Source: Solirubrobacterales bacterium
GTDB lineage: Bacteria > Actinomycetota > Thermoleophilia > Solirubrobacterales > 70-9
Assembly: GCA_036276255.1 (NCBI GenBank)
Contig: DASUPK010000050.1
Coordinates: forward strand, 26,093 to 90,092
DNA: 64,000 bases
Direction: 5' to 3'
Under the pieces are notes generated by a model. That model did not search any database. It worked only from the letters and a program-made list of their open reading frames with translations, and had not been told where the DNA came from. The position numbers and the translations under genes are program-made. This document shows, piece after piece, positions 35,342 through 44,115 of the stretch; position 1 is the first letter of the stretch, and every line of letters begins with the position of its first letter.

Positions 35342-36472
35342 ATCGCCACGGTCAGCACAGAACAGGAAGCCGCGTACCTCCGCCGGGCTCTGGAGCTCGC
35401 CGAGGGTGGCCGCGGCCGCGTGAGCCCGAACCCGCTCGTCGGCGCTGTGATCGTGCGCGACGGTGAGGTGATCGGCGAGGGTTTTCACGCCGAGCTCGGC
35501 GGCCAGCACGCGGAGCGCGCGGCGATCGAGGACGCCAGGTCCCGCGGAGCCGATCCCGCCGGCGCCGCGATCTATGTGACCCTCGAGCCCTGCGCCCACA
35601 GCGGCCGTCAGCCCCCGTGCACGGAGGCGATCCTCGAGGCCGGCATCGCGCGGGTCGTCTACGCCTCGGAGGACCCGACCGACAAGGCCTCAGGCCGGGG
35701 CCCGGGAATGCTCCGCGACGGTGGCGTCGACGTGGAGCTCGCCAACGGGGCCGAGCCGAGCGCCGCCCGCCTCCTCAACCAGCCCTTCCGCAAGCGCGCC
35801 AGGACCGGCCGTCCGTTGCTCACCTACAAGGCGGCCATGTCGCTCGACGGCCGCGTCGCCTCGCCCACGGGCGACTCGCGCTGGATCTCGAGCCCGGAGA
35901 GCCGTGAGCTGGTTCACAGCTGGCGCGCCGAGTGCGACGCGGTCGCGGTCGGCATCGGCACGGCCCTCGCCGACGACCCGCTGCTCACCGCGCGAATGGA
36001 GGGCGTCGCGAGGCAGCCGGCGCGTGTCGTCTTCGACTCAGGCGCCCGTTTGCCCATCGACTCGGCGCTGGTCGGCTCCATCGACGAGGCCCCCCTGGTC
36101 GTCGTCTGCGCACCCGAGGCGGCGTCGGCGAAGCGCGACGCTCTCGAGGGCGCCGGTGCCGAGATGATCGTGGTCCCCGGGCGTACTCCCCGTGACCGGC
36201 TCGAGGCCGGGCTCTCCGAGCTCGGGCGCCGGGACATCCAGGATGTGCTGGTCGAGGGTGGGCCCACCTTGGCGGGCGCACTCTTCGACGCGGGCGAGGT
36301 GGACGAGATGCGGCTCTTCATCGCGCCGGTGCTGGTCGGGGCGGCAAGGGCCCGCGCCGTGCTCGAGGGCGAGGGCGCCGTCCGCATCGCCGACGGCGTG
36401 CGGCCATTGGAAACCCGGTTCGAGGGGGTGGGCGAGGACATCCTCGTCCGCGCCAGGCTCCGGGAGTGGTGA
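35342..36472 (+). CDS. ribD: bifunctional diaminohydroxyphosphoribosylaminopyrimidine deaminase / 5-amino-6-(5-phosphoribosylamino)uracil reductase
   Basis: ORF track starts at GTG 35420, but the conserved helix EEAAYLRRALELAEGGRG lies in frame upstream. AAGGAGG (35330-35336) sits 5 nt before ATC 35342. Deaminase motifs HAERAAI and TLEPCAHSGRQPPC. Reductase domain follows. Confidence 0.9.
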   Translation: MATVSTEQEAAYLRRALELAEGGRGRVSPNPLVGAVIVRDGEVIGEGFHAELGGQHAERAAIEDARSRGADPAGAAIYVTLEPCAHSGRQPPCTEAILEAGIARVVYASEDPTDKASGRGPGMLRDGGVDVELANGAEPSAARLLNQPFRKRARTGRPLLTYKAAMSLDGRVASPTGDSRWISSPESRELVHSWRAECDAVAVGIGTALADDPLLTARMEGVARQPARVVFDSGARLPIDSALVGSIDEAPLVVVCAPEAASAKRDALEGAGAEMIVVPGRTPRDRLEAGLSELGRRDIQDVLVEGGPTLAGALFDAGEVDEMRLFIAPVLVGAARARAVLEGEGAVRIADGVRPLETRFEGVGEDILVRARLREW

Positions 36473-36479
36473 TCGGCTG

Positions 36480-37079
36480 ATGTTCACGGGGATCGTCAAG
36501 GAGCTGGGACGCGTCGAGGCTGTGGATGCCTCGGAAGGCGGCGCGCGCCTGCGGATCGCCGCCGGCCTGGCCTCCGAGCTGGCCGAAGGCGACTCGGTTG
36601 CCGTCAACGGCGCCTGTCTGACGGCCACCTCGGTGGGCGACGGGAGCTTCCAGGCAGACGTCATGCACCAGACGCTGTCGCTGACGACTCTCGGCGAGCT
36701 GGAGGAGTCCTCGCCGGTCAACCTCGAGCTTCCCCTGCGAGCGACCGACCGCCTCGGCGGCCACGTCGTCCAGGGCCACGTCGACGGCACGGCGATGGTC
36801 ATCGATCTCGTCGCCGACGGCTTCGCGAAGCGCCTGCGGGTCGAGCTCCCGGAGGAACTGCTGCCCTACGTCGTCGAGCGCGGCTCGATCGCGATCGAGG
36901 GGGTCAGCCTGACCATCGCCGTCCTGGTGGACGACTGCCTCGAGGTCTCGCTGATCCCGGAGACCCTGGAGCGCACCACGCTGGGATCCGTGCAGCCCGG
37001 CGATCGCCTCAACGTCGAATGCGACGTCCTGGCCAGGTACGTCCAGCGCCAGGTTTTACCCTTAACGAAGGAGCACTGA
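36480..37079 (+). CDS. ribE: riboflavin synthase
   Basis: ATG 36480 within ORF 36192..37079. MFTGIV start and two lumazine-binding repeats (NGACLT..., IEGVSLT). Confidence 0.92.
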   Translation: MFTGIVKELGRVEAVDASEGGARLRIAAGLASELAEGDSVAVNGACLTATSVGDGSFQADVMHQTLSLTTLGELEESSPVNLELPLRATDRLGGHVVQGHVDGTAMVIDLVADGFAKRLRVELPEELLPYVVERGSIAIEGVSLTIAVLVDDCLEVSLIPETLERTTLGSVQPGDRLNVECDVLARYVQRQVLPLTKEH

Positions 37080-38410
37080 TGGCCGACGGCACGGAACAGA
37101 CACAGACGAAGACGGGCTCGCCCTTCTCGACCATCGAGGAGGCGATCGAGGACATCCGCCGCGGCCGGATGATCGTTGTCTGCGACGACGAGAACCGCGA
37201 GAACGAGGGCGACCTGGTGATGGCTGCGCAGTTCGCGACGCCCGAGGCGGTCAACTTCATGGCGATGCACGGCCGAGGCCTGATCTGCCTCGCGTTGACG
37301 GACGATCGCTGCCAGGAGCTGGGCCTCAACCTGATGGCGGCCAAGAACGAGGCGCCGCTGGAGACTGCCTTCACCGTCTCGATCGAGGCCCGCGAGGGAG
37401 TGACGACCGGCATCTCCGCGGCGGACCGCGCACGGACGATCCAGGTCGCGATCGATCCCCACTCTGGGCCCGACGACCTGGTCCAGCCCGGCCACGTGTT
37501 CCCACTGAAGGCGAAGGAGGGCGGCGTCCTGGAGCGCACCGGCCATACCGAGGGCGCCGTCGACCTGGCACGTCTCGCCGGCCTGATCCCGGCCGGGGTG
37601 ATCTGCGAGATCATGAACGAGGACGGGACGATGGCGCGGGTGCCGGACCTGGCCGAGTACTGCACGAGGCACGAGCTGAAGATGATCACGGTCGCCGACC
37701 TGATCGCCTACCGGCGACGGACCGAGAAGCTGGTGGAGCGGATCGTCTCGACGAAGCTGCCCACCAAGTTCGGCGAGTTCAGCGCCGTGGGCTACCGGTC
37801 GCTGATCGACGACAAGCACCACGTTGCGATGGTCAAGGGCGAGGTCGCGGGGCAGGAGGACGTGCTGGTGCGAGTGCACTCGGAGTGCCTCACCGGCGAC
37901 GTCTTCCATTCGCTGCGCTGCGACTGCGGCGAACAGCTCGAGGCAGCGCTTGCGACGATCGAGAAGGAGGGCAGGGGCGTTCTGCTCTACCTCTCCCAGG
38001 AGGGGCGTGGCATCGGCCTGCTCAACAAGCTGCGCGCCTACAAGCTGCAGGAGGAGGGCCTCGACACCGTCGATGCCAACCTCAAGCTCGGGCTGCCGGC
38101 CGACCTGCGCGACTACGGCATCGGCGCCCAGATCCTGGTGGACCTGGGCCTATCCAGCATCCGCATCCTCACCAACAATCCGAAGAAGATCCTCGGCCTG
38201 GAGGGCTACGGGCTCTCGGTCACCGACCAGGTCCCGATCCAGTCGGTCCCCAACCCGCACAACGAGGCCTACCTGAACGCCAAGCGCGACCGGATGGGGC
38301 ACGCGCTCCATCACCAGGGCCTGTCGCTCGACGAGCAGCTGCTCTACGAGGAGCATCGCAAGGACGCCGAACAGGAGGGCGAGCCGGGGGACTATCCGCC
38401 AGGTGACTGA
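37079..38410 (+). CDS. ribBA: bifunctional 3,4-dihydroxy-2-butanone-4-phosphate synthase / GTP cyclohydrolase II
   Basis: ATG 37079 (GAAGGAG upstream, TGATG overlap with ribE). [11 protein letters not shown], then [18 protein letters not shown]. Confidence 0.95.
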   Translation: MADGTEQTQTKTGSPFSTIEEAIEDIRRGRMIVVCDDENRENEGDLVMAAQFATPEAVNFMAMHGRGLICLALTDDRCQELGLNLMAAKNEAPLETAFTVSIEAREGVTTGISAADRARTIQVAIDPHSGPDDLVQPGHVFPLKAKEGGVLERTGHTEGAVDLARLAGLIPAGVICEIMNEDGTMARVPDLAEYCTRHELKMITVADLIAYRRRTEKLVERIVSTKLPTKFGEFSAVGYRSLIDDKHHVAMVKGEVAGQEDVLVRVHSECLTGDVFHSLRCDCGEQLEAALATIEKEGRGVLLYLSQEGRGIGLLNKLRAYKLQEEGLDTVDANLKLGLPADLRDYGIGAQILVDLGLSSIRILTNNPKKILGLEGYGLSVTDQVPIQSVPNPHNEAYLNAKRDRMGHALHHQGLSLDEQLLYEEHRKDAEQEGEPGDYPPGD

Positions 38411-38885
38411 CTCCTTCGAGCAGTTCACCGACTCCGACCTCAAGGCCCTGCAGTCGATGGAGTTCGCGGTCTGCGTCGCGACCTTCTACGAGGACATCGC
38501 CGGGCGGCTGCTCAACGGGGCCGCCGAGGGGTTCGACCTCGGCGGTGTGAGCGAGGCCTCGGTCCACACCTACCGCGTGCCCGGCGCGTTCGAGCTGCCG
38601 TTCGCTGCGAAGCTCTGTGCGGAATCCGGCCGCTTCGCCGGGGTCGCCTGCCTCGGCGTCGTCATCCGCGGGGAGACCAGCCACTACGATCACGTCTGCA
38701 ACGAGGTCGCCGCCGGCACGCAGCGCGTCCAGCTCGACACGGGCGTGCCCTGCGCCTTCGGCGTGATCACCGCGGAGAACATGGATCAGGCGCTCGCGCG
38801 CTCAGGTGGCGACAAGCGCGACCAGGGGCGGGGGGCCGCCGTGGTCGCGATGCGCATGGCCCTGCTTCGGGCCGAGCTCAGCTGA
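38403..38885 (+). CDS. ribH: 6,7-dimethyl-8-ribityllumazine synthase
   Basis: 160 aa. [34 protein letters not shown]. Confidence 0.92.
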   Translation: MTDSFEQFTDSDLKALQSMEFAVCVATFYEDIAGRLLNGAAEGFDLGGVSEASVHTYRVPGAFELPFAAKLCAESGRFAGVACLGVVIRGETSHYDHVCNEVAAGTQRVQLDTGVPCAFGVITAENMDQALARSGGDKRDQGRGAAVVAMRMALLRAELS

Positions 38886-40032
38886 GCTGCCCGAGCACCT
38901 CGTCGAGGGGCCCGGGCACGCCGAAGTAGAAGCCCTGGCCGTAGCGGAAGCCGATCTCGAGCAGCGCCTCGAGCTGCTCCTCGGTTTCGATGCCCTCGGC
39001 AACGACCTTCACGCCGACCTCGTCGGCGAAGGACACGAGCGAGGTCGCCAGGGCGTGCGCGACCTGGTTCTCGTCGATCCGCTCCGTCAGGGAGATGTCG
39101 AGCTTGATCTGATCGGGGCGCACCTTGAGGATGTGCCGCAGGCTGGCGTAGCCGGCGCCGAAGTCGTCGATCGCGACCTTGCCGCCCGCCTCGCGGAGCG
39201 GTCCGAGCTTCGCCGTGAACCCCTCGTAGTCGTCGACGTGCAGGTGCTCCGTGAGCTCGACGGTCACGCGGTCCGTGTCGCGGCCCAGGCAGTCGAGGAA
39301 CCCTTCCGAGAAGATCGTTGGTGGCGACGCGTTGACGCAGAGGCTGACGCCGGCCGGCAGCCGGGGGAGGGCCGTGGCGGCGATCCGGACCGCGAGCAGC
39401 TCGAGGGGGACGCCGAGGCCCACGTCCCAGGCCTCTGCGAACCAGCGGTCCGGGCCACGCTGGGGGTCTCCGGGGAAACGGGAGAGCGCCTCGCAGCCGA
39501 TCGCGCGACCCGAGTCGAGTTCGTAGATCGGCTGGTAGACGGGGTCGATGGTCTCGCCCTCCAGGATCGCCTGGATGCGGCCGAGTGACTGGCGGTGCTC
39601 CTCGCTGCTCAGTTTCGCCACGGCCATGCGGTCGCCCAGAGGGCGGGTGGAGCAGACGATCTCGCTGACCTCGTCACTGTCCCGGTCTCTCAGCACCCTG
39701 GTGGTCGTCTCGACCCAGACGTACTCGTTGTCCTTGCGCCGCAGCCGGTACGCGACGGTCACCGGAGCGCCGTTCAGCGTGCTGCGATGGACGACGCCGA
39801 CCTTCTTCGCGTCCTCCGGGTGGAAGTGGTCGAAGGCCGAGGTCCCGACCAGGTCCTCCGGTTCGTAGCCGAGCAGCTCCTGCGAGGCCGCGGACACGTA
39901 GCGGTAGGTCCCGTCCGGGGCGTGGGCCGAGACCATGTCTCCGAGGTAGTCGGCGATGGATCCCGGGAGCGCCTCGGCCTCCGCGGTCAAGCGCGCGCGA
40001 GATCGGAACAGCGTGCTGTGCCGGGTGGTCAT
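38878..40032 (-). CDS. PAS-EAL cyclic-di-GMP phosphodiesterase
   Basis: 384 aa. PAS segment ([21 protein letters not shown]). EAL-domain catalytic set present ([40 protein letters not shown]). No GGDEF domain. Confidence 0.85.
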   Translation of the reverse strand: MTTRHSTLFRSRARLTAEAEALPGSIADYLGDMVSAHAPDGTYRYVSAASQELLGYEPEDLVGTSAFDHFHPEDAKKVGVVHRSTLNGAPVTVAYRLRRKDNEYVWVETTTRVLRDRDSDEVSEIVCSTRPLGDRMAVAKLSSEEHRQSLGRIQAILEGETIDPVYQPIYELDSGRAIGCEALSRFPGDPQRGPDRWFAEAWDVGLGVPLELLAVRIAATALPRLPAGVSLCVNASPPTIFSEGFLDCLGRDTDRVTVELTEHLHVDDYEGFTAKLGPLREAGGKVAIDDFGAGYASLRHILKVRPDQIKLDISLTERIDENQVAHALATSLVSFADEVGVKVVAEGIETEEQLEALLEIGFRYGQGFYFGVPGPLDEVLGQLS

Positions 40033-40082
40033 CTCAGCTCAAGGACTCGCTGCCGGTTATTGGGTCGCGAGATGCGATGCAA

Positions 40083-40133
40083 GTCACTGGCTTCGCCGAT
40101 TGGACGCATGTCCCTGCGTGGCAGCGGCCGCTA
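40083..40133 (-). repeat. short copy of the repeat family (copy G)
   Basis: Minus strand reads TAGCGGCCGCTGCCACGCAGGGACATGCGTCCAATCGGCGAAGCCAGTGAC. It has the family 5' end and the 3' GGCGAAGCC hairpin. Lies in the divergent EAL/rpmB spacer. Confidence 0.5.
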
Positions 40134-40147
40134 CCATCACGCGTCCG

Positions 40148-40342
40148 ATGGCCAAGGTCTGTCACAGCTGCGGCAAGCGTCCCGCGTTCGGGAACTCACG
40201 AAGCCACTCGATGGTCGCCACCCGGAGGCGCTTCAACCCGAACCTGCAGAAGGTGCGGATCCAGGAGCCCGGCGGCGGGACCGCGCGCGTGTACGTCTGC
40301 ACGCGATGCCTGAAGTCGAACAAGGTGACCAAGGCCGCGTAG
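40148..40342 (+). CDS. rpmB: 50S ribosomal protein L28 (Cys-containing, zinc-binding type)
   Basis: ATG 40148 within ORF 39956..40342. [36 protein letters not shown]...CTRCLK. Confidence 0.93.
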   Translation: MAKVCHSCGKRPAFGNSRSHSMVATRRRFNPNLQKVRIQEPGGGTARVYVCTRCLKSNKVTKAA

Positions 40343-40446
40343 CGGCCACCAGGGCGCTCTCCTCAGGTGCGGAGGGCAAAGCCCGGAGCGGCTTATGATG
40401 GGCGGCCGCTTGTGGCCGCGATCTGATGGCGAAGCCGTCTGCCTAG
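40340..40446 (+). repeat. interspersed structured repeat, copy B (full length)
   Basis: TAGCGGCCACCAGGGCGC...GCGGAGGGCAAAGCCCGGAGCGGCTTATGATGGGCGGCCGCTTGTGGCCGCGATCTGATGGCGAAGCCGTCTGCCTAG. Starts with the rpmB stop codon. Confidence 0.75.
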
Positions 40447-40470
40447 GGCTAAGGTCCGCTGACTCCCCGC

Positions 40471-42096
40471 ATGGCTGACCCCTCCATAGAGCGATTCCGG
40501 CGCGTGGTCTCCGCGGCGGCCGCTCACCTCGAGGAGCGGCGCAAGGAGGTCAACGACCTCAACGTCTTTCCCGTCGCCGACGGCGACACGGGCGACAACA
40601 TGGCGCTGACCCTGCGGGCCGTCAGCGAGGAGCTCGACCGCCTCGACGGCCAGATGGTCGATGAGGTCGGGCGCACCGAGCTGGTCAACGCGCTCGCGCG
40701 CGCCGCCCTGATGGGGGCGCGAGGGAACTCCGGGGTGATCCTCAGCCAGATCGTTCGCGGCGCCGCCGAGGAGCTCGCCAGCCGGCCGGGCGAGCTCGTC
40801 GACCCGATGCTGGTGTCGGCCGCATTCGCCCGTGCCGCCGACGCCGCCTACGAGTCGGTGCGCGAGCCGGCGGAGGGGACGATGCTGACCGTCTTCCGCG
40901 AGATCGCCCACTCGATCTCGCGCCGCCTCGCGCACATGGAGGAGGTCCGCCTGTCGCCGGATGCCACCCCGGGCGAGCAGGATGCCCTGCTGGCCGAGCT
41001 GCTCGAGGTCGCGGTAAGGGATGGGGAGGCGGCCGTCGCCCGGACTCCGGAGCAGCTCGAGGTGCTGCGCGAGTCAGGGGTCGTGGATGCGGGGGCTCAC
41101 GGAATCGTGGTGATCCTCGCCGGCGTCGTCGCTGGCCTCCGGGGGGACATCGAGGCCTCGCCGCCGGTGCCGCACTACGCGCCCGCGGCGGACACGCGCC
41201 CGCACCACGAGGACAGCCGCTACCGCTACTGCACCAACTTCATCGTCACGGGGACGGGGATGGAGAGCCGCGCTTTCGTGCCGCAGCTGGAGGAGCTGGG
41301 TGACTCAGTCCTGGTCGTGGGCGACGAGGCCACCCTCAAGGTCCATGTCCACACCGACGAGCCCGAGTCGGCGGTTGCCCTCTTCGGCGACTCCGGCGAG
41401 GTCACGCAGCTGGACGTCGCCGACATGCGAGAGCAGATCGCCGAGCGCAGCGCGCGGCTGCAGGCCGGTCGATGCGCGGCCGTGGCGGTGGTGGCCGGCC
41501 GCGGGATGCGGGAGCTCTACGAGGGACTCGGAGCGTTCGTGGTCGACGGCGGCGAGACGTTCAACCCCTCGATCTACGACCTGCTCGCGGCCATCCACGA
41601 GCTCCCAGCCGAGGAGGTGCTCGTCCTCCCCAACAACCCCAACGTGGTGATGGCCGCCGAGCGTGCGGCCGAGCTCTCGGACAAGGAGGCCCGAGTGGTC
41701 GTGTGCACCTCGCAGCAGGCAGGCCTCGCGGCGCTGGTGGAGCTCGACCCCACCGCCTCGGTCGACGAGAACGGCGCGCGTCTCAGCGCGGCGCTCGAGG
41801 GGATCCGGACGGGCTCGGTGGCTCCGGCCGCTCGCGACGACGCCAAGGGGCGCTTCGTGACCGGCGACGCGGTCGGCTTCTTCGGCGACGAGATCGTCGC
41901 CTGGGGCGGGGCCGGCTCAACCCTCTCGGAGACGATGGCGCGGCTGGCCGAGGGCGCCGAGATCCTCACCGTCGTCGTCGGGGACGGGGCGCCGATTCCG
42001 CTCGGCGATCTCGAGAAGCATGCGCCGGAGGGCGTGGAGCTCGAGGTTCATGACGGTGGACAGCCGCACTACTGGTGGCTGTTGGCCGCAGAGTGA
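40471..42096 (+). CDS. DAK2 domain fusion protein YloV
   Basis: 541 aa. NVFPVADGDTGDNM (Dak2 motif) plus a DegV-like C-terminal half. Conserved rpmB-yloV-recG neighbourhood. Confidence 0.88.
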   Translation: MADPSIERFRRVVSAAAAHLEERRKEVNDLNVFPVADGDTGDNMALTLRAVSEELDRLDGQMVDEVGRTELVNALARAALMGARGNSGVILSQIVRGAAEELASRPGELVDPMLVSAAFARAADAAYESVREPAEGTMLTVFREIAHSISRRLAHMEEVRLSPDATPGEQDALLAELLEVAVRDGEAAVARTPEQLEVLRESGVVDAGAHGIVVILAGVVAGLRGDIEASPPVPHYAPAADTRPHHEDSRYRYCTNFIVTGTGMESRAFVPQLEELGDSVLVVGDEATLKVHVHTDEPESAVALFGDSGEVTQLDVADMREQIAERSARLQAGRCAAVAVVAGRGMRELYEGLGAFVVDGGETFNPSIYDLLAAIHELPAEEVLVLPNNPNVVMAAERAAELSDKEARVVVCTSQQAGLAALVELDPTASVDENGARLSAALEGIRTGSVAPAARDDAKGRFVTGDAVGFFGDEIVAWGGAGSTLSETMARLAEGAEILTVVVGDGAPIPLGDLEKHAPEGVELEVHDGGQPHYWWLLAAE

Positions 42097-42824
42097 GCTC
42101 GCTGCTAGACGATGCGATCGACGCGGCCGGCGGACGGCGCCGCTGGCGCGGCGTCAAGGGAATCTCCGCTCACGTCAATTCGGGCGGCCTGCTGATGCGG
42201 ATGAAGGGCAAAGCGGCCTCCTTCCGCGACTACGGCATCAGCGTCACCACCGATGAGCAGGGCGCTGTTCTCCAGCCGTATCCGCGGAAAGGAAGCAGTG
42301 GTATCTACGCGGGGGGCACGGTGCGGATAGAAGGGGAGGACGGGGAGGTGCTCTCCGAGCGCCCCGACCCGCGTGACGCCTTCTCTGGGCTTTCCGGCTT
42401 GCGGCGAGACCTCCGCTGGGACGACCTGGACGCTCTCTACTTCGCGGGCTACGCGTTCTGGAACTATCTGAACATCCCGTTTCTGCTCGAGCGGCCCGGC
42501 TTTCAGGTCTCCGAGGGGGAGCCACTGACCGTTGGCGGTGAGAGCTGGCGCAGGCTCGACGTCGCCTTCCCCGAGGACGTCCACACCCATTGCCGCGAAC
42601 AGGCGCTCTATTTCGACCCGCGAGGCCTGTTGCGCCGCCACGACTATCACCCTGACGTGGTTTCCTCCTTGGCCAATGCCGCGCACCTGTGCGATGGCCA
42701 CCACGAGTTCGACGGGCTCGTCTTCCCGACCATGCGCCGCGTCGTCCCGAAGGGCCCGCGCGGCCGTCCGCTTCGCGGCCCGACCGTCGTCTCCATCGAC
42801 CTCGATTCCATTGAGGCGGACTGA
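42093..42824 (+). CDS. hypothetical protein
   Basis: In-frame GTG 42093 (GTGA overlap with yloV) within ORF 42075..42824. High GC3. No motif I can assign. Confidence 0.55.
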   Translation: MSSLLDDAIDAAGGRRRWRGVKGISAHVNSGGLLMRMKGKAASFRDYGISVTTDEQGAVLQPYPRKGSSGIYAGGTVRIEGEDGEVLSERPDPRDAFSGLSGLRRDLRWDDLDALYFAGYAFWNYLNIPFLLERPGFQVSEGEPLTVGGESWRRLDVAFPEDVHTHCREQALYFDPRGLLRRHDYHPDVVSSLANAAHLCDGHHEFDGLVFPTMRRVVPKGPRGRPLRGPTVVSIDLDSIEAD

Positions 42825-43580
42825 TTGCCCCCTGCCGATGGGCTCCCAACTCTCTGGCAGTACAGCTTCTCCAACTACAACGAGAAGGCTCGCTGGGCGC
42901 TCGACCACAAGGGCATCCGTCACGAGCGCCGGTCAGTGCTGCCCGGCGGCCCGCGAGCGATGATGTTCTCACGCGGCGGCGGCACGCTTCCCGTGATCGA
43001 TCTGGACGGCAAGCGAATCGTCGACTCCGCCCGGATCATCGACGCGCTCGAGATTCGACAGCCTGAGCCCGCCCTCTTTCCCTCCGATCCCGACGAGCGC
43101 CGCCGGGCGCTCGAGATCGCCGCCTACTTCACCGATGAGGTCGGGCACGACATGCGCAGGGTGGGCTTCTGGGAGGGGCGCAAGGATCGGACGTTCATGG
43201 CCGCCTTCATGGCGACCGACCACGGTGCCGCGGCGCGGGTCCAGCAGTGGGCCATGCTCCCCGTTGCCTGGCAGTATGTGGTGCGGCGCTACGGCTTTGA
43301 CCAGGAGTCCTTCGAGCGCAGCAAGGCTGCTCTGGTCGGCGCTCTCGACCGGATCGAATCGGAGCGCCAAGGTCGCGACCATCTGGTCGGGGACCGCTTC
43401 ACGGTTGCGGACCTGACTGCCGCGTCGCTCCTCTACCCGCTCGCCTGGCCCCCGGAGTTCCAATACGAGCTCCCCGAGCCGCCGAGATCCGAGTTCCGCG
43501 AATCGGTGAACGGGCACCCTGCGGTCGACTGGATCTCTGAGACCTGGCGGCGCCATCGCGGCGGCTCCGCCGCGGTCTAG
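42825..43580 (+). CDS. glutathione S-transferase family protein
   Basis: 251 aa. Thioredoxin-like N-terminus (LWQYSFSNYNEKARWALDHKGI...LPVIDLDG) and helical C-domain. Paralogous to the ORF at 58907. Confidence 0.72.
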   Translation: MPPADGLPTLWQYSFSNYNEKARWALDHKGIRHERRSVLPGGPRAMMFSRGGGTLPVIDLDGKRIVDSARIIDALEIRQPEPALFPSDPDERRRALEIAAYFTDEVGHDMRRVGFWEGRKDRTFMAAFMATDHGAAARVQQWAMLPVAWQYVVRRYGFDQESFERSKAALVGALDRIESERQGRDHLVGDRFTVADLTAASLLYPLAWPPEFQYELPEPPRSEFRESVNGHPAVDWISETWRRHRGGSAAV

Positions 43581-43581
43581 C

Positions 43582-44064
43582 TCACCAGCCTTCGGAGCCG
43601 GGTTCGCCCTTGAACGGGCCCTCGATCTCGGCCGTGATCCAGCCGCCGTAGTAGGCGCCCGGCTGCGGGGTGACCTCCTCGTCGTCGAGGAAGGCGGCGT
43701 CCACCCGGCGGGGATAGAAGGCCAGATGGTCGCGCAGCTGCTCGAAGCCGGGCTTGGGATCCGGGTAATGCCACGCCGCGCGGTTGGCTCGCCTGCCCCC
43801 GGCCTCGGCGTGGACGTAGGAGGCGTTGCCCTTCCACTCGCAGTACGTATGGGCCCCATCGGCGTCGATCAGCGCGTCCTCGCGCACATCCTCACGTGGG
43901 ATGTAGATGGTGGGAGGGCTGGCGGTCTCCAGAACACGGAGGGCGCGGTCGCTCTCGGCGATGGTCTCTCCGCCGAGGACGATGCGGACATGGCGGTCGA
44001 GCGGCTCGACCCGCGGCGGCCGCGGGTAGTCCCAGACGTTCTCCTTCGCTCGCTGCGTGTTCAT
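43582..44064 (-). CDS. DUF427 domain protein
   Basis: ATG 44064 within ORF 43582..44622. VWDYPRPP...YIPREDV...TYCEWKGNASY pattern of DUF427. Confidence 0.8.
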   Translation of the reverse strand: MNTQRAKENVWDYPRPPRVEPLDRHVRIVLGGETIAESDRALRVLETASPPTIYIPREDVREDALIDADGAHTYCEWKGNASYVHAEAGGRRANRAAWHYPDPKPGFEQLRDHLAFYPRRVDAAFLDDEEVTPQPGAYYGGWITAEIEGPFKGEPGSEGW

Positions 44065-44115
44065 GTTCGATGGTCCCCGGGGGCCATCCAACGTTACGCC
44101 TAGCCTCTGTTCGCG

